Shown here: positions 53,701 to 62,700 of the stretch, piece by piece
Numbering within the stretch: position 1 is the stretch's first letter
How the letters are laid out: the number at the start of each line of letters is the position of its first letter
Source of the DNA: a virus
Taxonomy: Duplodnaviria; Caudoviricetes
Virus record (IMG/VR): IMGVR_UViG_3300032053_000067
Location: 1,085-65,084 of that record
Length of the DNA: 64,000 nucleotides
Strand: one strand, 5' to 3'
The notes under the pieces: model-generated
The model's input: the letters and a program-made list of their open reading frames with translations, nothing else
Told to the model about the DNA's origin: nothing
Database searches by the model: none
Translations under genes and position numbers: made by a program

Positions 53701-56700
53701 GAAACTCCAAGATGAAGGTAGGCTGGATCTCGCAATGGGCACAGAACCGAGATCACCAGACAGTCTTGTTGCCAAGATATACGAGTCACTGCACTGGAAA
53801 ACGGATGATACGTGGAACTCAAAAACCGACCCCGATCTAGACCTAACGTTTTACGAGGAGGCGTTGCGAGCCGAACAATACGGAGGATACGAACACGACC
53901 CCACACCAGAATTAAACCTTGCTCGCAGAATAGCGGCGGCTGCTACAGGGAATGTTCGTAGAAAAAGACTTCCAGGACCGCAACGCAGACTGACTCTTCA
54001 ACCCCAACCAACGGAGGTAACACCCAATGCCGTGCCACGGAAAGAAGCGCAAAAAGCCCCGCAAGTAGAACCGTTAGCCCCTTGGCTTAGAGAAGAAATG
54101 ATCCGCCAAGGGAAAAATCCTAACCGGCTTATGAACGACATCGACGTTGAGCAAAGCCGAGATCTGATCGCGCAAGACCCGATAGTGCAGTTCATCCAAC
54201 AAGCCCATCCAGAACTGGCAGAGAGGGCGTTGCGTGGCGATTTGAGCGTAGAGGAATATCGTAAGTATCAGCAAGAATCAGCGATACCCCTAACGGCCCC
54301 CCGGAAGGAGCCGACCACCCCCGCGGCGGAAGTAGAGACGAAAACTCGCAAAAAAGAGCCATGGGAGATGACGTCCAAAGAGTGGTCAGACCAAGTTGAT
54401 CGCATAGACGCACGTATCGAGCAAGCAAAGATCGCAGGCCAAATACCCTACCTGGAAGTTGCACGGAAACAGCCACAAGGACGAGTTGTGTATGAGGCGC
54501 ATGGTCTCGATGGAAAGTTGCTGGCTTCTGGTACGGCAAAGAGTTTGGGCGAAAAGCTTTACCGCAGAAAAGATAGGTACTGGAATGTCAGTGGTGGTTT
54601 TCTTCAATATGAGCAAAATGAGCCGTTTAGCGTCGAAGGTTATCGTGCGAAGTTGCGTGAAATAAACAAGAAACAGCACGGGGAATTTGTTGAACACGAC
54701 ATCAGAGAGGGGAAAACGCCCCCGCCCGAAGTACTGGCAGAGTACCCCGATCTAAAGCCGCAACCCGCAAAAGCAGAACCGGAAGCGAAACCAACCTCCG
54801 CCGCCAAACCCGCGCCCACCAAGTCCGTCACCGACACCATCTTCGACGTGATGACCAAGACGTTCGGCGGCAAGGCACAGTATCGGGCCGTCGCAACCAA
54901 AGACAAGTTGCCCGCCAAGGTGAAGGAGGCGGCCCGGGCGGAGTTGGAGAAACAAGGACTCAAGTGGGAAGACCAGCGGCTCCATGCGTTTTACCTGAAC
55001 GGGTCGGTGTGGTTCATCAAAGACCAGTTGGAAGCGGGTGCGGAAGCCGCCGGGATGACGCTGGAAGCGTTTGTGACGGCCAAGGCCATGCACGAGTACG
55101 GGTTGCACCTCGGCCTGCGCAAGATGATGGGCGAACTGTTCGGCCCCACGGCGCGCACCGAGATGGACCGGCTCTGCCGAAGCGTGACTGATAGTGTTGG
55201 GCGCGACAAGGTGTTGGCGGCGTTGCCGTCGACGTATGCCGGCTTTGACGACACCGCGTTGGGCCAAGAGTATCTGGCGAAACTGGCGGAGAAACTGGAC
55301 GCCGGGACGCTGACAGCCGAGGAAAAGACCGTGTGGGACCGGCTGGTCGAGTTTATCAAAAGCGTGCTGAAGAAAGCGCGGGGCACGTTGACGGATACGG
55401 ATATCGACCAGATCGTCCGCATGGCCGTGTCGCGGGCCAAGGCGAAGGGCGCAGTGGTCGAGGAAGAAGCGGTCGCGCAGACGCAGCCGGAAGTCACGCC
55501 CGCGCGAACGGCGCTGATCGATCGGTTGGTCGCGACGATGGAGGCGCGGCAACCGAAACACAAGATCGTGCCAAAATACGAATTGAAGGGTTCTGACGGA
55601 AAGTGGTATGGCGGGGATATGCCCGCGAAAGTAGATTACAGCGGTGAACGCCGCATTTCCGGGTATGTGTTTCAAGACAAAGACGGGACAAGGTTTGCTG
55701 CAAAGCATTATGCCACAGAGGCAGAAGCCCAAGCTGCAGTTGATCGGCGGCAGGAACGCGATGCCGAAGACTTCCGCAAGGCGATGGCGGAAAAGGACGA
55801 CGAGGGCCTTCAAGAGTCAGCGGATTACTGGCTTGGGAAAAAGGAAGCGACCGCGAAAACGCCGACCGTAGCGCCCACAAAGCCCCCAAAAGCGGCCACA
55901 ATGACGGGGAACGCAGAAGACGATGCGCGGCTGTTGCGTCTTCAGGAGAGGGCCAAGACGGGGCGGAGTATGACGGCAAGCGACGAGAAGTCGCTGAAAC
56001 TACTCGAGGATAAAGCCAAAGCTGATCCGGGGAAATGGACTTCGGGCGACGGCGTTGGCTATCGGGTTGACCGCCAGATTAACCGAGGATTCCAAGTCGT
56101 CCAGGTAGATACGGCAACAAAACTAGCGCTAATCCGGCAAGTGGCGGATACGGGGCTGACGAGCACTGGTGGCGACACGGACAGGATCAAGCCGGAGTGG
56201 ATTCACGTTGCGGATTTGGTACGGGACAAGAAATACGATGAGCCACCGGCTTCTCCCGCAGAAGTGACGTCGACGGCTACGAAAACGCCTGGAGGTGCGG
56301 TTCGCCTTGCGGAGATGGTATATGAGCGACTGAAGGCGGGCGAGTCGATTGGGGACGCCTATTTCTTCAAGATAGCCGATGAGGCGTATGGCGGGACGCG
56401 AGCGCAGGGGACATATGGCCCGAGCGATGCGTATGATGCAATGGAAGCGGGCTTAAACCGCTATTTGGCAGGGTACGGTATGGACCTGTCGCCCACGGGC
56501 GACTTAGAGAAGGTGAAAGAAGACATTGAGCGGATTCGTGGCGCGGTGCGAGCGGTACCCCGCCAGAAAAACCGGAGCGGGGAACGGAACGCATATCAGC
56601 AATTCAGCACACCCCCGGATTATTCGTACGCGGTGGCGTGGTTGGCGAACATCGGGCCAGGCGACGTGGTCTTGGAGCCAAGTGCGGGGACGGGGAACAT

Positions 56701-59700
56701 AGCCGTTCATGTTGCGGCAGCGGGCCCAGAGTCGGTTATTGCCAACGAATTGAGCGAACGGCGGGCAGAACTGCTTCGGGGCATTCCTGGCGTGACGGAG
56801 GTTTTGACAGAAGACGCCGAGCAGTTACACAACCTATTGCCGGAAGCCAGGCGCCCAACTGTAGTTGTGATGAACCCGCCGTTTAGCCGTGCGCCAACCC
56901 GCATGGGCGAGAAGAAAGTAATCGGGACCGACCTCAAGCATATAGGCGTGGCGTTAAAGATTTTACAGGATGGCGGCAGACTCGTGGCCGTGATTGGCGC
57001 GCCGTTGACCGTGGACGAAACAAAGACATTCCAGACATGGTATAATACTGTTAGCAAAAGATTTAACGTTCGCGCCGTGCAACGGGTAAGCCGGGACGTT
57101 TATACGTCACAGGGAACAAACTTCCCGACGCGAGTTGTCATAATAGACAAGACGGGTCCGACGCCGGCAGGCGGGACGATTGAGTCGAAGGAACTTGTAC
57201 TGCTGGCGCAGTTGGTAGAACGGTTGGAGGGAATCCGCAATGACCGTGTCCGAGTTGAACGACTTCGAACTGAGCAAGTTGTGCCTGGAGAAGTTGAAGG
57301 AGGTCGGGGAGAACCCGTCGCCGCACTGCCTGTACGCGCTCCAATTGCTAGCGTGGCTACTGGAGGAGCGGGCGGAGTTGGTGCAGTTGCCAGCGGCGAA
57401 GTTTCTGCCGGAACTCGAGGGGTTCGTGCAGAGCCACCTGGACGACGCGGGGACGTTTCCGCTGTTGCTGAGCAGCCAAGAGGAGGACCAGAGTCTGGAG
57501 GAGAAGGCGGAGGTCGAGGTGCAAGACCTAAAGGATCTGCCGGCGGAGTCGGTGGCGGAGCGGTTACTGGAGAACCTTCACGAAAACCTGTCGAAATTCA
57601 CCCCGAGTCTGCGGGAGTAGCTCGCACAGGTGCCCCTGAACAACTAACCGAAAGCGTGTTTGTTCCCTACAAACCATCGGTTAAGTTTCCCAAGAGCAAA
57701 CCCCACCCCGGCGAAGTCCGCGAATCAGCTACGATGTCTGCGGTGCATCCGCCCCCTCTAACCTACTCTCCGTTGCTTCCCGCAGAGGTTGTAGAAAAAG
57801 GGCTGTTGTCAGACGTCCAGTTAGAGCCAGTAGCTCGGGCTGGCGCTGCACACGAGAAAATGTTGCCTGCGCTGGAAAACAAGAGGGCGCAACGTCGTGG
57901 TTTTCTGCTTGGGGATGGCACCGGCGTTGGGAAGGGCCGGATCGTGGCCGGGGTGATTCTCGATAACTTCATGCGTGGACGGAAGAAGGCCGTCTGGCTC
58001 TCGATGTCGCAGAGGTTGTTTGAAGACGCGCAACGGGACTGGGCCGGGATAGGCCAAAACAAACGCAAACTTTTCAACCAAGGCAAGATCAATCTGGCTT
58101 CGGCAATCGCAGCCAACGATGGTATCCTGTTTACGACGTATGCGGTCTTACGATCTAAAGCGAAAGCAAAACAGACCGAAAAAGCCCGGACACGGCTGGA
58201 TCAGATAATCGACTGGCTTGGCGATGATTTTGACGGGGTTATCGTGTTTGATGAGGCACACGCGATGGCCAACGCCATGCCGTCCAAAGGGGACCGGGGC
58301 GTAAAGAATGCTTCTGGCCGCGCTTTGGCTGGCTTGGCGTTACAGAACCGGTTGCCTAACGCGCGGGTGATGTATGTCTCAGCAACAGCCGCGACGGAAG
58401 CGGAGAACTTGGCGTACATGGAACGGTTGGGTCTGTGGGGGCCCGGGATGCCATCTCCCAACAAACAGCATTTCTTGAACAAAGTGGGGAGCGGCGGTCT
58501 TGCCGCAATGGAGGTAGTCGCGCGCGATTTGAAAGCACAGGGATTGTCTATGGCGCGGAACCTCTCATATGATGATGTTGATTTCGACCGGATAGAACAC
58601 CCATTGACCCCGGATCAGCGGACCACTTACGACGCGCTGGCTCGTGCATGGCAAAAGGTGCTGCAGGACGTTAATGCCGCATTAGGAACAACCGACGCGG
58701 ACAAGAACGCTAAGGGCCGCGCCTTGGGCCAGTTTTGGGGCGCCCACCAACGGTTCTTCAACCAGATCATCACGGCAATGCAGGTGCCGTCCGTATTCAC
58801 TCGGATCGAGGCAGACATCCAAGCGGGACGGTCGGTGGTGGTGCAGTTGACAAATACGCACGAAGCAGCGCAAGAACGAGAGTTGGCGAAGCGGACGGAA
58901 GACGACGACTTAGAAGATTTTGACCTGACGCCGCGCGATATGTTGTTGCAGTACCTCGACAACTCTTTCCCGACACAGCAGTACGAGGAATACCTGGATG
59001 AAAACGGCGTCACGCAAACGCGGCCGGTACTCGATTCGCACGGGAACGCGCTGGAGAACCAAGAGGCGGTGAAGGCGAAAGAACGCCTCTTGCTCGAACT
59101 GGGATCAATCCAGGTGCCGCAAAGCCCGCTCGATATGCTCATTGACCATTTTGGGCGGCGCGCGGTTTCCGAAGTAACCGGCCGGAAACGGCGGGTGGTA
59201 AAGGACGAAGCGGGGAAGATGACGATCGAGGCCCGCGGCACCGGGGCGAACCACGCTGAAATAGCATCCTTTATGGCGGGCAAGAAGCGGATACTGATCT
59301 TCAGCGAGGCGGGCGGCATAGGCGCGAGCTATCACGCGGACCGGGCGAGTGCGAATCAGCAGCAACGCGCCCATTATGTCCTGCAGGCGGGATGGCGTGC
59401 GGACCGCGCAGTACAGGGCATGGGACGGAGCCACAGAAGCAACCAGGCGGCAGCGCCTATCTTTACGCTCGTAACGACCGATTTGAAGGGCCAGAAACGA
59501 TTTATCAGCACCATCGCGCGGCGACTGGAGCAGTTGGGCGCCCTGTCGAAAGGCCAGCGGCAAGCAGGGGCGACCGGTTTGTTTGGGCCAGAAGACAATC
59601 TGGAAAGCACAGAAGCGAAGGAAGCCCTTCTCACGTTCTATCGGGACTTATATGTGCAACGCATTCCTGAAATACAAATTGCTGACTTCGAGCAGGAAAT

Positions 59701-62700
59701 TGGAAAACGGTTGCGCGATAAAGACGGACGCTTACTGCAGACCCTGCCGCCGATTCGCCAGTTTCTAAACCGCCTCCTGTCTATGACGGTAGACCGCCAG
59801 AACCAAGTCTTTGACGAATTCGATACCCGGCTGAAAGAGCGAGTTCAGATTGCCTTGGCGGAAGGCACGCTCGACCAGGGGCTTGAAACGTATCGGGCGC
59901 ACAGCATCAAGAAGGCCGAGGAGCGAGTCGTCCACACGCAAGAAGAAACCCAGGCGCAGACAAAGTATGTGCGCGTAGCGGTGCAGCAACCAATTAAGCG
60001 GATGAGTTTCGCGACGGCGCAAAAGTTGGTGAAATCGAAAAAGGGCGGTTATTTCCGCAACAACGAATCAGGACGGCTCTATGCAGTGGTGCCCGGCCCC
60101 GACAAGACAACGGAAACCGGCAAGATTGAAAAACAGTACCGGCTTCACTCGCCCCGCGGAACCATCAGGACGATCCCCAATTACCAATTGCAAGGCCACA
60201 ATTGGGAGAGGGTCGGCACCGATTTTGACACTTACGAGTCGGAACCGGCGTGGACGGAAGAGTACAACAAAGCCCCGAAGTTTGACGAGTTCGAGGAACA
60301 CTTGATAACGGGCGTGGTCCTACCGATTTGGGATCGCATTACCGGGAACACGCGCATTGTCCGGATGTTGACGGACGACGGTGAGCAACTCCTGGGGCTT
60401 CTGCTCCCACCCGAAACGTACAAGGAGACGTTGAGGAACCTCCAAGTAGAAGTCGCCGGTCCGCAACTGACGCCAGTAGCGGCACTCGAGGGGATTGTCG
60501 AGGGAACGTTTAAGGTGGTGCTTGCTAACGGTTGGCAGGTAAAACGATCTTTTGTGGACAAGGAAGCGCGGGTAGAAGTGACAGGTGCAGACTGGGCTCA
60601 AAAACAGATGCTTGAGAACTTAGGTGCGTTTGTGGAGCAAATTGATTGGAAGACACGCTTATTCCTGCCTACGGGAGAGAAAGGGCGGGAACTCTTGGAG
60701 CGTGTCCTGGAAACGAGTCCAGTGGCCGATGTGGTGAAGTTTGGTCGAGGCAATGAATTTCAACCTTCCCTCGGTGCCCCCGGCCCGGAGTTCGCGCCGT
60801 CGCTGGGCGAGGCGTATGACAAGGCGAAAGAGTTTGCGTGGAAAATGGCGGAGAAGGCGGAGAAGAAGCTGACGAAAGAATCCGAGGCAAAGACGGTTGG
60901 CGCGGTGCGGTCGGAACTGGCGAAACGCGACAAAAACGCCAAGCCCGACATATCCCCGTGGCGGGTAGCGCTGGGGACGCCGTTGCGGAACCTTCGGAAG
61001 ACTTACGCCGGGAAAAAAATATGGGATGCGGCGTTCGGGCAGCCACAGGAACGTTATGAGATTCAGGATGCCTTCTTCGATCTGGATTATGAGACGGGGC
61101 AGAGTGCCGTCAAAAGGATGGTGAATTACACGCGGAAACACAAAAGGGAATATGCCGACCAGTGGGTGCCGCGATACTTGCAGCGAGATATGGATGCGCT
61201 GGGTTACAAGGCCAGGCAGGGGAAGACGGGGTGGGAAGTAATCGATCCTATGGGCAAGGTGGTGGAAACCTTTGCGCCGGGTGTTGACGAGGACGCGGCT
61301 TGGACGAATGCGTATTTGCGGACCCGGCAAGACGTGATCGAAGGCCGGAACTTTGTACTAACAGATGATGGCAAGATCCGCCAAGTGACAGTACCAAAGA
61401 TGTCGGAAGCAGCGGGCGATGCGCTACTGGACATGCGGTTGATTTTTCATCGGACCTGGGCACACCTGTCAGATGAAGCGAACATAGCGGAGAAGGTGTT
61501 GAAAGACGCCGGGGCCGAGATCCAGACCGTCAACTACGATGGCGAAGAGATCTCGGTGTTCGAGGCCATGCGGCAACTTGGCGATTTGCGCGGGTATTAC
61601 ATGCCGCGGTTGCGGGGTGTCGGGCGAAACGAATTACGCGCCAGGAAAGAAGGCGAAAACCCGTTTTACAAAAAGTACAACACCAGGACGGGCCGAAAAA
61701 TCGCTGGCTTCATGAAGGCAAGGTCCGGGTGGGACACCGAATACAGCCGGTCTTCGGAGTCCAGCGAAGAGGCGTTTGGCGATATCAGCCTGGTCGCCAT
61801 GAACGATGTCATGAAAAAGGCCCTTGAAGACACCGCCAAACACCAGAAAGAGGTGTCGCCGAAAAGCTTTGAAGCGCTCGGGCTTGAGACGGATACCATA
61901 CAGTACACGCGAAAAACGGACGGGGTGGTCGAGGATCATTTCGTTATCAAGGCCGACGACGGCAACAAGCGGTACAACGAACTGTGGAAATCGTTTCAGG
62001 GCGGACGGTGGAAAGACGGGTTTTGGCATTTCATAGCTTCGGAGAAGAACCCCGTCAGCGCCATCAAGCGGACGTTGCAACGCGCCGCAGTCAGCCAGAA
62101 TATGCAGCAGGTCGGCGCGGCGGACTTGTTTGGCCGCGCCCTTGCACAACAACTGGCGGTGATGATGCACGCACGAGGCAGCCGGGCGCGTAAGATCGGG
62201 CGTAACGAGGCAAAAGGCAAAGACGTATACGTCGGTTATGACCCGGATCCGGTGAGGGCCATGGTGGCGACCGCCAGTGCAATAGCCGGCGGCACGGCAA
62301 AGCGGCACATGGCACAAAAGATGTTGAACGCCGTGATGGGCGTCGAAATGCCGTGGAAAGACTTCCTGGCGAAGAACCTACCGGCCGACTTTGACAAGTT
62401 GTCCCACTCGGAACAGGTAGCCAAGCGGCATGAGATTTGGGAGCAGTACGAGGCGGGCAACAAAGAACGGCGGCTTGATTCTGGCCTACAAACCGAAGCT
62501 TACGATGACGCCGTATCGTATATCCGGGACCAGTTGCGGAACGACACGGCCATGGAACGGGTGTTCGGATGGATTCGCGGCTTGGCCTCGCAGTACTTTT
62601 TGACGGGCGTGGCGCCTGCCGTTATAAACCACACCACGATGGTGACGACAGTCCCCGCGATATTTCACCAGGAAGGCAAGATCCCGTTTGCCCGGACGTT

